Source of the DNA: a virus
Lineage: Duplodnaviria > Caudoviricetes
DNA length: 50,278 bases
Reading direction: 5' to 3' (one strand)
IMG/VR virus record: IMGVR_UViG_3300025082_000010
Location: 1-50,278 of that record
Shown: piece by piece, positions 18,964 through 29,720 of the stretch
Layout of the letters: every line of letters starts with the position of its first letter
How positions within the stretch are numbered: the stretch's first letter is position 1
The notes under the pieces: generated by a model
What the model was told of the DNA's origin: nothing
What the model saw: the letters and a program-made list of their open reading frames with translations, nothing else
The model's database searches: none
Translations under genes and position numbers: made by a program

Positions 18964-20763
18964 ATGGCCAACTTATTAAACGAAAGTCAAATAAGGGAAA
19001 TAGCAGCAAATCCACCACACAAGGATCAGATACAGAGGGCTAGGGAATATCAAGACAAGTTACTACGTCACTCTAACCCATATCTAAACCGCGCTGAGGG
19101 GGTTCGCTACAATTCATCTATTCGTAAGCATTTTGAGTATGTGGAAAGTGATCTTGATCCTAGGCAGTATGCCAAGTATGAGAACTATTATCAATTTCCA
19201 CAATGTACGCTACCTATCACAGACACAATCTACGATGATCAGTTTAGGGTCTTTAAGACTCCTGATCGTATAGATGATATTGAGATAACCAACCCACAAG
19301 ACAAAGAGGACTATTCTCTTTACTACAAGGAATTAAAAGGGTGGTTATCTACTGTAGGATGGGAAATGTACAGGCAAAGGACTTGTAACCTTGTATACCT
19401 TGATACCACGGAGGAGGGTAAGGCCTATCACGAAGAAGTTTCTATTTGGGATGCTATTGACTACCAGCCAGATGGTAAAGGCGGTTTGATTTATGCCTTA
19501 TTCGAAAAGAAAGGATATGGCTATATTTGGGTAGATGCTGAGAAGTATATTTTATTCGATTACAAAGATGATCAAACAGAATCAGAATACGATCAGGTTA
19601 CAGGTGTAGAGTTAGGGGTAGTTTTAAATGAGTCTTTTCATGAGTTAGACTTTGTACCCATTCGCCAATTCTGGACATCTAAATTCGACGATGAGTTTAC
19701 TAAAGAAACCGCTATAAGCAGAAAGTTAGCCTCTTTAGATTCTTACGATTACTTTTATAATGGCAAAGATCACAACGACCTTACCAACGCTTTCCCTAAA
19801 GGGTGGCAGGTACGCGCTAAGTGTGATTATAATAATCCTGATAATGGTGATAAATGTGGTAGTGGTTTTTTAGTAGATAAGAATGGAGGTTTAACGGGAG
19901 ACCCTGCAAGCCCTACTGTATGTCCAGGATGTAAAGGAGGTAACGCGGTTAAATTCGTAGGGGGTACATTGTTAGTAGACCCACCTACAGAGGATGTTTC
20001 ACAAATCACAGAACCCGCTGGATGGGTAACAATAGATCCAAAGGTTTTAGAGCATCTTAATGCTGAACTAGACAGAAGAGAGTCAAGGATTATCACCGCC
20101 TCAATTGGTGATGACATCAGCGACAACAACCAAGCGAAGAATGAAAAGCAGGTTTTACTAGGCACTGAATCTAGGGAGGCTAAGCTTTTAAAAGTGGTTA
20201 AGAACTTAGATATAATCACCACTTGGATAGTTGAGGGTACTGCTAAGATGATGTACGGTGAGAAGTTTGTTAGTGCTAACATTGATAGCGGTCGTAAATT
20301 TCACCTTGAAACGATGGGTGAACTTAAAGATAATTATGTTGACTCGGTACAGAAAGGACTACCTGCGACAGTCTCATTAAATGACCTTGATAGGATTATC
20401 GACTCAGAATACAGAAGCGATGAGAAAGGGAAAGCCGAGGCTAAGCAATGGATTAAATTAGAGCCATTTGTAGGGAAGAGCTTTGATCAGATCGCAGCAT
20501 TAAAAGAGAAGAGTATGATTACCTCTTTAGAATGGGATTACTACAAATACTTCTCGCAACTAAAAGGACGCTTTGAAAGTGAGTTCATGAGCATCGCACT
20601 ATTTGACAGTGCTAATGAATCAGAACATTTGAAGCTTAAAAAGATAAAAGACAAACTAATAGAATGGCTTAAGGAGATGACCGAGGAAATGAAAGGAGAT
20701 GAGCCAGAAGTACAACCAGAATTGCAACCAAATAATAATTTAAACAATAATAACGATGAGTAA
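18964..20763 (+). CDS. Portal protein
   Basis: 599 aa, between TerL and scaffold/capsid; internal Cys cluster (C..C..CPGC). Confidence 0.65.
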   Translation: MANLLNESQIREIAANPPHKDQIQRAREYQDKLLRHSNPYLNRAEGVRYNSSIRKHFEYVESDLDPRQYAKYENYYQFPQCTLPITDTIYDDQFRVFKTPDRIDDIEITNPQDKEDYSLYYKELKGWLSTVGWEMYRQRTCNLVYLDTTEEGKAYHEEVSIWDAIDYQPDGKGGLIYALFEKKGYGYIWVDAEKYILFDYKDDQTESEYDQVTGVELGVVLNESFHELDFVPIRQFWTSKFDDEFTKETAISRKLASLDSYDYFYNGKDHNDLTNAFPKGWQVRAKCDYNNPDNGDKCGSGFLVDKNGGLTGDPASPTVCPGCKGGNAVKFVGGTLLVDPPTEDVSQITEPAGWVTIDPKVLEHLNAELDRRESRIITASIGDDISDNNQAKNEKQVLLGTESREAKLLKVVKNLDIITTWIVEGTAKMMYGEKFVSANIDSGRKFHLETMGELKDNYVDSVQKGLPATVSLNDLDRIIDSEYRSDEKGKAEAKQWIKLEPFVGKSFDQIAALKEKSMITSLEWDYYKYFSQLKGRFESEFMSIALFDSANESEHLKLKKIKDKLIEWLKEMTEEMKGDEPEVQPELQPNNNLNNNNDE

Positions 20764-21283
20764 AAAGGTTATTCACGGGAATACGAAGCAAGGGAAAGCC
20801 GAGGGCTATTCTTTTGAGCTCAAGAAAAGGACAACTGATAATACAAAGATGTATCACATGGCTTTATATCGTCATAAGGTTGTTAAAACAGGTGATCGAA
20901 CAATACACACAGAAGACAAACAAATTAGACTGTACACGCCTACAGATTATGATTTGTTGTTTGTCCCTAAGGTAATCAAAAGAGGTGATATAGTGGTTAG
21001 AGATGTAGGAAATACAATGTGGCATAAAAACTTGTCTAAAAAAGACGGGGGTGAAGGTGTAGAGATGTTATTCAATCCTACGTTATCATTTGAAAGTGAG
21101 GGCGAAGATTCTCCAATAATTGAGAAGCCTAAAGAGTTTGAGTTTACCAGCAAAAGCCAAGTATCACAGGCTAAGAATGATGTACTACTTGATTATTGTC
21201 AAGGGCATTTCCAGCTTCATGAGTTCGAAGGGTTAAGCGGTGCAAAAATGAAAGAATTAATAATTGAAAAACTAAATTTCTAA
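20756..21283 (+). CDS. Head-module hypothetical protein
   Basis: 175-aa ORF overlapping the portal stop. Confidence 0.55.
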   Translation: MSKKVIHGNTKQGKAEGYSFELKKRTTDNTKMYHMALYRHKVVKTGDRTIHTEDKQIRLYTPTDYDLLFVPKVIKRGDIVVRDVGNTMWHKNLSKKDGGEGVEMLFNPTLSFESEGEDSPIIEKPKEFEFTSKSQVSQAKNDVLLDYCQGHFQLHEFEGLSGAKMKELIIEKLNF

Positions 21284-21284
21284 A

Positions 21285-22172
21285 ATGGAAGCTAACGAGA
21301 TAAAAGGTATCTTTGAAGGTGATAATGCATCAGCAAATATTGAGGCTGTAAAGGGAATACTTAAAGAGAAAGGCTACGATGTGTTAAATGAGGACAGCAA
21401 AAAAGCCTTGTTTAGCGAGAACACCAAGAAAGCTGTTAGCAGCGTGCATGAAGATCTAGGTAAAAGAGGTTTAGAGATTCTTAAGAATGAGCAAGGAGAG
21501 GAAGTGAAATATTCACAGCAAGCTTTTCAGCACATCGATAGGATGACCGCCACCATCACAAACCTAGAAAACAAGATTGCAAATCAAGAGAAAGCCCAAA
21601 AGTCAGAAGATCCAGATAAGCTTAAAATAGCTAATCAGGAATTAAACGAAACTAGAAAGCTTTTAAAAGATGAGCAAGAAAAGTATGCTAAACAGGCATC
21701 AGAGTTTGAGTCTAAGTATAAAGAGCAACAACAAACCGAGGCTATCAGAGGAGGTTTAGAGGGTTTGAAATACAAAGACGGTGTGAAACCTGAGGACGTA
21801 GAAAGCGCGCAAGCGTTCGCAATAAGTCAAGTTAAGGGAATGCCAACGCAGGACCGTAACGGTGTAAATGTATTCTTGAGTGCTGATGGTGATGCGTTAA
21901 GAGATTCACAAGGGAATTACAAGACAGCAAAGGACATTCTTAAAGAAAAGCTTTATTTCATTCTTGACACGCATACACCACCATCAGGAACAGGAACAGG
22001 TGAAGCCAAATACGAGAGTAACAACAATTCAAGTACATATATTTATCAAGGTGAGACTACTAAATCTCAACTATGTATTAACATGAAGAAATTCAGCGCG
22101 GCAAAAGGAGTCGAGTGGTCAACTCTTCAGCCATTATACAGAGAATTAGCAGCGACTCACAAATTACAATAA
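21285..22172 (+). CDS. Capsid scaffolding protein
   Basis: Charged coiled coil, G/T-rich linker near C-terminus, directly before capsid gene. Confidence 0.65.
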   Translation: MEANEIKGIFEGDNASANIEAVKGILKEKGYDVLNEDSKKALFSENTKKAVSSVHEDLGKRGLEILKNEQGEEVKYSQQAFQHIDRMTATITNLENKIANQEKAQKSEDPDKLKIANQELNETRKLLKDEQEKYAKQASEFESKYKEQQQTEAIRGGLEGLKYKDGVKPEDVESAQAFAISQVKGMPTQDRNGVNVFLSADGDALRDSQGNYKTAKDILKEKLYFILDTHTPPSGTGTGEAKYESNNNSSTYIYQGETTKSQLCINMKKFSAAKGVEWSTLQPLYRELAATHKLQ

Positions 22173-22223
22173 TGCAAAAGGCGCATTACTCAACTAATAA
22201 TTAACATTTAAAAAACAAAAATC

Positions 22224-23264
22224 ATGAGTAAAGCATTAACTAACCTAGAGGATTATCTAGGAACATACAAAGGAGGTAATAATGACAGCCTAGAAAATAG
22301 ACCTGATTTATATCCATATTTAGCACTGGCACTTAAGTACGGCAATAATGGAGGTGTAGTGTCTCAAGATGTACTGCAAGAATACATTGATAAAGGGTGG
22401 GATGATTCAAGAGATATTAACTATCCGTTGATTGATGAGCTTGTAACAACTGTAAATGCAGCAAAACTATCTACATGTGAGGCGTCAGTAACAGCCATAG
22501 ATACGGCAATAGGGACTATTACGTCAGTAGCCTATAACTTTGAGTTTACAATGGCTCCGATGGATTCAGATGTAAACGCAGTAGGTTACGGAGCAGAGTT
22601 TAAAACAAAGTACGAAAGTGGGTCTAGAGGCTTGGCTGAAATACTTAATACATATGTAACTACTCAAGTAGAAGGGGTTGCAAACACGTACTTTCCACCA
22701 GCTTTACAAACTGCCTATTGGCAAGATAACGTTGCAGGTGATGCGTTCTTGATACCTAACACTGGCATTCCAAGAATATACAACAACCTTCAAGGGGTGA
22801 TGAGAGAAATGAACATGGACACAATAACATCTAATTGGGATGTACTATGTACTACTCCACACTTTACCGAGGTGGTAGATTTGTTAAACCAAGGAGCTGG
22901 TAATGATACAAATACAGGTTACCAATTTGGGCCCTTTAATTTCCAAATGGAGAAAGGTTTACCATTAGGAGAGGCAACAAGTGGGCAGGCTGCTATGGTG
23001 ATAATGCCTGATTCGTTTGGGTTGTTTAATACTAATAAACCAACCGCAAAGCGATTTGATACCGCAGGAGACGGTACAGAGTGGGCAATAGTGCAAGATC
23101 CCCTGACAGGAATGGAATTAAGTGCTCAATTCCATAGTAAGTGTATTAACGCTGATAAGCTAGAATCGTATCAGTATGAAGGAAAGTTCTCTTTCATATC
23201 TAAATACAATTCGGATACAGCAGCTAGATACTCTCCATGGTTGAAACTAGAAATAGAAGCATAA
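22224..23264 (+). CDS. Major capsid protein
   Basis: 346 aa after scaffold, A-rich leader, followed by terminator. Confidence 0.65.
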   Translation: MSKALTNLEDYLGTYKGGNNDSLENRPDLYPYLALALKYGNNGGVVSQDVLQEYIDKGWDDSRDINYPLIDELVTTVNAAKLSTCEASVTAIDTAIGTITSVAYNFEFTMAPMDSDVNAVGYGAEFKTKYESGSRGLAEILNTYVTTQVEGVANTYFPPALQTAYWQDNVAGDAFLIPNTGIPRIYNNLQGVMREMNMDTITSNWDVLCTTPHFTEVVDLLNQGAGNDTNTGYQFGPFNFQMEKGLPLGEATSGQAAMVIMPDSFGLFNTNKPTAKRFDTAGDGTEWAIVQDPLTGMELSAQFHSKCINADKLESYQYEGKFSFISKYNSDTAARYSPWLKLEIEA

Positions 23265-23281
23265 ACAACTAATCAATTAAC

Positions 23282-23308
23282 GAGGGTGTAAAAAGCCCTC
23301 TTAATTTT
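23282..23308 (+). terminator. Intrinsic terminator after capsid gene
   Basis: GAGGGT-7nt-GCCCTC-TTAATTTT. Confidence 0.55.
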
Positions 23309-23312
23309 CCCT

Positions 23313-24605
23313 ATGATAGACATACAGAGGTTTATAAGTAATATGTACGGTTATATTGGATGGCAAAAAGGAAGCCGACCAACAGACCCTAAAATAAATG
23401 GTACGGTGTTAGATTCTACATCACTCCTTTATTTTAATTCTATGTCTAACAATTTGGAGCTTGAGAACTTACAAGCAATAGCACCAGAGTATAAAAACCT
23501 TGGTTATGCTGATTATGATGTGGCTACAAGTTATAGCATAGGTGATATAATTGTTTATGAAGATGATATTTATACGTCTCTAACTAATGGCAATTTAGGC
23601 AATACACCAAGTACAGATTTAACCAACTGGCAACACAATTTCAGTAAGTGGCTTGAAGACAAGACGAAAAACAGCCTTGTAAATGTTGCTAATAAGATTG
23701 TAAGCCTAAAACAACTTCATACACAAACCAAGTCACTATTAGATACGGTTCATTTATTCGATTCAAAAGGTAGTTCGAATGATATTGAGTCTAAGTCTGG
23801 TAGGATCGTTGGCTTTTCGTTTGAGGTTATGGATAAAGAGGGGTTAATGATGTTACTCCAAAAAGTAGGGGTACAATTTACAGCAGTGGAAAGTCTTAAT
23901 CTATATCTATATCATACTTCACAAGATCAGCCAATAGGGACGCTTGCAGTAAGTGGTAACACTGCTAATAGGTTTCAATGGTATGACTTCCAAGAGCGTA
24001 TGACATATGAAGGTGATTATAATTTTGCAGGGGAATATAAGTTGGTTTATTATGAAGATGATTTAGTAGGTAATGCAATAAAATACAGCCTTGATACTAA
24101 CGGTAATAACTTACCTTGTGGTACTTGCAGCGGTGGGAATAAGAGCCGTCAATATTACAACTCGTATACTCGATATATGACCGCGCAACCCTTTTACGTA
24201 GATGCTGCAAACATTCCAGTAACACCGCTTGAAATGTGGGATACTGACAATGAGAACAACGTAAACCTACAGAACTGGGGTTTAAATGTAAAGATTGATA
24301 TTAGGTGCGACATTACCGATACTATTACACGAAATAAGGATATATTTACGCAGCTTATCATCATGCAGATGGAGGCAGATATGGCTCACGAGGCTATCAA
24401 TAGCACGCGTACATCTACTAATAAAGATAAAATTATGAAAAGCTCATTTCTTTCATTAGAAGGAGGCGACAAAGATTTTAAAAGCCTTACAAAGAAAATA
24501 GAAGATGAGGTAAAGAAAATGGACTTCAATATATCAAGCATAAGTAACAGCCCTTGTTTTTCATGTGAGAAGCAAGGCGGTTTATCAGGAATAATATACA
24601 ACTAA
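23313..24605 (+). CDS. Head-tail/neck structural protein with CBM5/12-like insert
   Basis: Position after capsid; YDVATSYSIGDIIVYEDDIY...GNTP.....W motif. Confidence 0.5.
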   Translation: MIDIQRFISNMYGYIGWQKGSRPTDPKINGTVLDSTSLLYFNSMSNNLELENLQAIAPEYKNLGYADYDVATSYSIGDIIVYEDDIYTSLTNGNLGNTPSTDLTNWQHNFSKWLEDKTKNSLVNVANKIVSLKQLHTQTKSLLDTVHLFDSKGSSNDIESKSGRIVGFSFEVMDKEGLMMLLQKVGVQFTAVESLNLYLYHTSQDQPIGTLAVSGNTANRFQWYDFQERMTYEGDYNFAGEYKLVYYEDDLVGNAIKYSLDTNGNNLPCGTCSGGNKSRQYYNSYTRYMTAQPFYVDAANIPVTPLEMWDTDNENNVNLQNWGLNVKIDIRCDITDTITRNKDIFTQLIIMQMEADMAHEAINSTRTSTNKDKIMKSSFLSLEGGDKDFKSLTKKIEDEVKKMDFNISSISNSPCFSCEKQGGLSGIIYN

Positions 24606-25058
24606 ATGAACGCAGCCGAACACCTTATTAAAAGCCTCCAATCATTACAGCGTGAAATACCTGTGATATTTGGTAGTGTTATGGATGACCATAAAGATGA
24701 GGTGGAGGATATTAACGCAGATCAGTTGAATCATGGGAAGGATGCTGAGGGGTTAGATTTGTCTGAATATAGAAGTGATTCATATGCTAGGTTTAAAAAG
24801 AGTAGAGGTTCAATAAGTTCGCCTGTTGCAGATTTAAACCTGACAGGGAAATATCATAAAGCAATTACCTTAAAAAAGACGGGTGTAAGTGATTTCCAGA
24901 TTACCAACACAGATAGCAAGTTCAAAGAGTTAATAGGAAAATACCCAGATCACTTAGGGCTTAACAGCCTAGGAAAACAAGAGGTAGTTGAGGACTTTCT
25001 ACAATCTGGAATGCTACAAGAAATAGAGGAATATCTAAACAAACAGCTACGTAAATGA
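24606..25058 (+). CDS. Putative neck/tail completion protein
   Basis: Position; Y...K......DLNLTGKY pattern. Confidence 0.5.
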   Translation: MNAAEHLIKSLQSLQREIPVIFGSVMDDHKDEVEDINADQLNHGKDAEGLDLSEYRSDSYARFKKSRGSISSPVADLNLTGKYHKAITLKKTGVSDFQITNTDSKFKELIGKYPDHLGLNSLGKQEVVEDFLQSGMLQEIEEYLNKQLRK

Positions 25059-25639
25059 GCAAGAAGCAAACTATAAGCGTACCATTAATTGCAGACCCCA
25101 GGGGTGTAAACGTGCCTATTCAGGAAATGCAAGAGGCGTTATCTGCTTTGCCGTGGTTAGAGTTTTCATATGGCCAGGCGTTTAGGAATGTTACAGAAGT
25201 AGATGGTAGTAGGTATATAATGCCACAAGTATATGCAGGGCTTAGAGAGTTTTTATCTGTGGAGCCAGACGACTCAACTAGTGCATTTAGCTTCTTCGAG
25301 GTGGTAGAGAGGGGAACTCAAGCACATGAGTTTGCTAGTGAATGGGTACAACGCGTAAACCTTGTCGTGTACTGCAACCTTGAGATTATAAACCAAATCG
25401 AGGGGGTAGATAGAGATTACATTTATACAGAAGAGTTACGAGAAGAGGTTTCTAACATAATAAGAGAGGGTAATTTATCTTTTATTGATGGCGAAACAAT
25501 GGACATTGAAAGAGGTATAGAAAATGCTTTTAGCAATTATTCATACTGGACTTTTGACGAAAGATACATTAAGCGTAATTATGATGCTTTTAAATTGAGC
25601 TTTGACATTAGGTTTGATGATAGATGTGAAGAGATCTAG
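25055..25639 (+). CDS. Putative tail terminator/completion protein
   Basis: Position, acidic 194 aa. Confidence 0.4.
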   Translation: MSKKQTISVPLIADPRGVNVPIQEMQEALSALPWLEFSYGQAFRNVTEVDGSRYIMPQVYAGLREFLSVEPDDSTSAFSFFEVVERGTQAHEFASEWVQRVNLVVYCNLEIINQIEGVDRDYIYTEELREEVSNIIREGNLSFIDGETMDIERGIENAFSNYSYWTFDERYIKRNYDAFKLSFDIRFDDRCEEI

Positions 25640-25705
25640 CGAGTTACTCAAAACATTAACAACAAGAGATATTAGTGAAGAGTATTTTATTAAAGACGTA
25701 GAATA

Positions 25706-26122
25706 ATGCCACAGATAGAAGAAGGAGAAACACCTGGATCATTTTTAATTGATAAACAGCCGTACACAGTAGGAGGGTATGCAATTAAGTTTGATGATCC
25801 TATTAAGACTAGTACTACTTCTAATATAAGTATTAACCAAGGCGGTACATCTATAGCGAACGATGTATTGTCGACTTGGACAGATAACAACGGTAATACA
25901 TTTACTAATTTAGGTGAGTTCTGGAGCTACATAGATGGTTTTTTTTTCTTTAGATCTGAGAATAATATAACTGTAGAAAGTGAAGCTGATGAGGATTTAA
26001 GCGTGTTATTACTTAGAGATATAGTGTTGCAATTAAAGATAAACAATGAATTAATGAGGATAGCGTTTGATATCGACTACATTTATACTGATTTTGATTT
26101 AAATAAAGATGACTTAATTTAA
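25706..26122 (+). CDS. Structural accessory protein, N-terminus paralogous to 28097..29248
   Basis: MP.IE.G...G.FLID..PY ... L.TWTDN....FT.L..F..YI.GFFF shared. Confidence 0.6.
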   Translation: MPQIEEGETPGSFLIDKQPYTVGGYAIKFDDPIKTSTTSNISINQGGTSIANDVLSTWTDNNGNTFTNLGEFWSYIDGFFFFRSENNITVESEADEDLSVLLLRDIVLQLKINNELMRIAFDIDYIYTDFDLNKDDLI

Positions 26123-26127
26123 AAAAC

Positions 26128-26694
26128 ATGGCTAGAATAGAATATAAAAACGACCAAACAAAAAACATTCAAGAAGTAGAAGGATCTGACGGGAGGCTAA
26201 ACACGTCGAGCCGAAGTGACGGTCGAAGGTATTATAATTCGCGAGACGTAGAAAGATGCTTTACAGTACCTTTTGATTTTCAAGACGCACAATCAGGTGA
26301 ATTTGCTGCGTATTGGCGGAATACATCATCTACAGATGATTTAGTCATTTCGTCTATAGGGGTTAATGCTGCCGTAGCATCTAGAGTTAAATTATGGTTT
26401 GTATCAGGTACAGCTACTGGTGGGACCACTATTATTCCTACAAACCTAAATAAATCATCATCTAAGGCCGCCGAAGGGGTAGCGATGGAGGGAGCAAGTG
26501 CTGCCACTGGTATAACGGGGCTCACAGGTGAAAAGCTGATTGATTTCGTTGGTGTTTCGGCGGATTGTCACGAAGAATTCAGGCTAAACGATTCTTTAAG
26601 ATTGGGGCAAAATGATGCCATAGCTATAGAGGTGGACGAAACAGCAGGAGGAGATGTATTTGGTGTTATCTTTGGGTTTTATGAAGTAAAATAA
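26128..26694 (+). CDS. Putative fibre/decoration protein
   Basis: G/A/T-rich beta-type sequence in the structural module. Confidence 0.45.
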   Translation: MARIEYKNDQTKNIQEVEGSDGRLNTSSRSDGRRYYNSRDVERCFTVPFDFQDAQSGEFAAYWRNTSSTDDLVISSIGVNAAVASRVKLWFVSGTATGGTTIIPTNLNKSSSKAAEGVAMEGASAATGITGLTGEKLIDFVGVSADCHEEFRLNDSLRLGQNDAIAIEVDETAGGDVFGVIFGFYEVK

Positions 26695-26695
26695 A

Positions 26696-28072
26696 ATGCC
26701 AATATCAGCAGAAAATATAGGGTCGGATTATAAAGGCAACAAAGTAGCTCAAGAGTATTACTGTAAGGAAGACACTAGGGTGGGAGCTATAATGTATACA
26801 GAGGCCTTAAGAGACTTTAGGCCGTTCGTACGAACATTCATAAATGATGAGTTTGGTAGTGCAATGAATCAAGGTGTTGCATTTAGTGGTGATCCTGAGA
26901 AAGTATATGATGGTCAAGATCTTGCGTTATGGACTGTAAGTACAGTTGTGGGTAATGCTGGTGATTTCGATGAAACATCAACAGATCATGCTCATGGTGG
27001 TGTTGTTACTATAGATGATTACACGGGGTTAAGCGGTGACACTATACAGATCAACGGGGCAGGAATAACAAACACAACCTTAACAGAGGGTGTAGAATGG
27101 ATTGCCGCTACAAGTAACAATGATACAGCAACAAGCTTAGCCGATGCAATTACTGCTATTGACGGGGTGTCAGCAACAGTAACTACTAATGTTATAATAG
27201 TTACGGCTGATTTAGAAGCAGATATAACAACCTTTGCAGAAAGCAATAGTGCAGACATGCCATCCACAGCACAGTGTATAGCAGCGATTTCATCAGAGAA
27301 TGATGATGTAGTACAATTTGCTAAAGGTAGCGAGGTCACCATAGATGATTATACGGCAGCAACTGGATGGATTTACTTAACTGGATGGTCAACAGGAGGC
27401 ACGAAAGGGGTTAATATCTTTTGTTATGATGACAGTGGAGGCACTAGTATAGGTGATGAATTGAATATAGGCAATTATATTAGCACGACAACCTTTGGTG
27501 TCTGGCAAAAATTCACAATACCATTATCAGACTTTAACTTAACAACCCTTGATTTTGACGCTATAAGAGTTAGGACGGTAGATATAGGAAGTGGCGCCCC
27601 ACCTAACTACTTTCTAGATGATTTACAAGTTGAAGAGTCAGGAAAGGTATTAGATTTTCTTGTTGAATCTCAAGGTAATGATTATATCAAAATTCATTCA
27701 ATCAGACTAGTGATAGTAGGTTTAATTGCGGGAACGTTAGCAGATGGGACAAAGAGTAATATTGTTTATGATTCTTTTTTGTCAATACCTAGGCTTACTA
27801 ACGGTGTAGTATTTCAAACTGAACACGCGCACAAGGTTTCTACATCACTAACAATAAGGGGTGTAGATGATTTCATGATTGTTGGATGTAATACGGTAGG
27901 GGATTTTTCAGATGGTACTAACTCAATGTTAGTATTAGAAATAGCTTTTCCAGATCCGATAATATTAAAAGGCAAAGATAGCGGTAAACTAAGAATCAGA
28001 ATAAACGATGACTTATCAGGCTTGACAGAGTTTAAAGCCTCGGTTAGAGGTTCTATACAAACGATAGTTTAA
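26696..28072 (+). CDS. Putative fibre/appendage protein
   Basis: 458 aa, T/D/G-rich, TATSLADAI repeat-like segment and possible carbohydrate-binding beta-sandwich. Confidence 0.45.
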   Translation: MPISAENIGSDYKGNKVAQEYYCKEDTRVGAIMYTEALRDFRPFVRTFINDEFGSAMNQGVAFSGDPEKVYDGQDLALWTVSTVVGNAGDFDETSTDHAHGGVVTIDDYTGLSGDTIQINGAGITNTTLTEGVEWIAATSNNDTATSLADAITAIDGVSATVTTNVIIVTADLEADITTFAESNSADMPSTAQCIAAISSENDDVVQFAKGSEVTIDDYTAATGWIYLTGWSTGGTKGVNIFCYDDSGGTSIGDELNIGNYISTTTFGVWQKFTIPLSDFNLTTLDFDAIRVRTVDIGSGAPPNYFLDDLQVEESGKVLDFLVESQGNDYIKIHSIRLVIVGLIAGTLADGTKSNIVYDSFLSIPRLTNGVVFQTEHAHKVSTSLTIRGVDDFMIVGCNTVGDFSDGTNSMLVLEIAFPDPIILKGKDSGKLRIRINDDLSGLTEFKASVRGSIQTIV

Positions 28073-28096
28073 AACTAAAATATAAAATATACAATT

Positions 28097-29248
28097 ATGC
28101 CAAAAATAGAAGCAGGAGCAAATGTAGGGATATTTCTAATAGATGGGATACCATACCCCACTACGCAATATGTACCTTTTTATAACACTAAAGACCTTAC
28201 AAAACTAGCAGCAGAGGTTAAGGTAGACATAAAGCAGACTCAAGGGGATCAGTTATCTATAGCGTCAGGAACGCTAGACACATGGACAGATAATCTAGAC
28301 ACTGGTTTTACCGATCTTCAAGCGTTTGTTACATACATCCAAGGGTTTTTTTTTGAGAAATCGGGAGGTGGTGGAGGTGGTGGACTGACTGCGTCCGCTA
28401 ATGGATTAAGTGATGATGGTACAACCGTAGAATTAGGCGGCACCATTACTAAGGCTACCACCGTAACAGGTGTTAGCCAAGATTTATGCTTTCAAATTAC
28501 AAAGGCAGGTATTCCACCCGTAGCCTCTACAGCTAAAATCAACATATTAGAAGGGACTGTAGCCTCTTACGCTAGTTTAAACGCAACTAACGCGGGAGGG
28601 TTTTACACGCTAACAACAAGTAGTACACATGTGGGACAAGTAGACGCATTAACTAATCTTACTGAATTGCACATTCCTATTGCTGGAACAATTATCGCTA
28701 AAGATGAGATAGCACTAAAAGGATTAGTAGGAGCATCAGATTATACTACAGCCGCGCTTGCAGACCCTAACGCGTACTTGCAGACAAGAGGAGTCCAAGA
28801 ACTTATAAAAACCACTGATACTATAACATTTAGCTGGGATGATATTGCAGAAGGGTCAAGTGTTGGTTTTCTTAGTATATTATCAGTAGATGGTTTTACG
28901 GCTGCCAATGCAGCAGGCAAGGCTATTCCAAGCACGGCAACTATTAATGCTATAACAGTGAATTTACAAGGATCAAGTTCGGCCGCTGCCGCTGGTAATG
29001 TAGATATAACTATACAAAGAAGAGAGGCGGGTAATGCAGCGGTATACACCGTTGGATCTGGAACAACTATAACAACAGGGTCTTACACTATAGGAGGCGT
29101 ATTAGGTGCTTTAAACGATAGGGCAGAAAGAACAACAGGTATAGCTGCTAGCGTAGGAGGAACAAACCCCGTATTATACGCTTATGTGTCGGCAATTGGA
29201 TTTGCTACACTATCTAGTTTAATTGTTGATGTTGAATATTCATATTAA
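28097..29248 (+). CDS. Putative fibre protein (anchor + Gly7 hinge + A/T/G-rich body)
   Basis: Anchor domain, SGGGGGGG hinge, ANGLS....VELGG motif. Confidence 0.55.
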   Translation: MPKIEAGANVGIFLIDGIPYPTTQYVPFYNTKDLTKLAAEVKVDIKQTQGDQLSIASGTLDTWTDNLDTGFTDLQAFVTYIQGFFFEKSGGGGGGGLTASANGLSDDGTTVELGGTITKATTVTGVSQDLCFQITKAGIPPVASTAKINILEGTVASYASLNATNAGGFYTLTTSSTHVGQVDALTNLTELHIPIAGTIIAKDEIALKGLVGASDYTTAALADPNAYLQTRGVQELIKTTDTITFSWDDIAEGSSVGFLSILSVDGFTAANAAGKAIPSTATINAITVNLQGSSSAAAAGNVDITIQRREAGNAAVYTVGSGTTITTGSYTIGGVLGALNDRAERTTGIAASVGGTNPVLYAYVSAIGFATLSSLIVDVEYSY

Positions 29249-29636
29249 AAAAATATAAACAATGGGTACATTTTATTATAAATCAAAGGGCGATGACTTA
29301 ACGACATCATTCCAAGTAACATTAGATAACTGTGTTATAGATTTAGACTCAATTACAGATGGAGAGAACACATATAAAGCGGTTGTTACTAATGCAAATC
29401 AAACTGAATTAGATGACTTTGAAACTAAAATAACAGCAGCCGCAGGCGTCACTATAATCAACGAAACAGATTATAATAATTTATCTTAGCGTGAATAATT
29501 CAAAACAAAGATTTATCTTACACGCATATTACAGCCAGAAAAGTACGTTTGTTAAAATTAATGTTGTGAATCAGTAAGATAAGAGGGTAGTATTTTCGTA
29601 ATAGTAAGAGAATAATTAGTTATATTACATGTTTAG

Positions 29637-29667
29637 AAACACCCTAGAAAATCGGGGTGTTTGTTTT
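29637..29667 (+). terminator. Intrinsic terminator
   Basis: AAACACCC-10nt-GGGTGTTT-GTTTT. Confidence 0.6.
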
Positions 29668-29720
29668 CTCAATTTAAATTAATTACCTTACATATGTTAC
29701 AGTTAGGAAAAATATATTTG

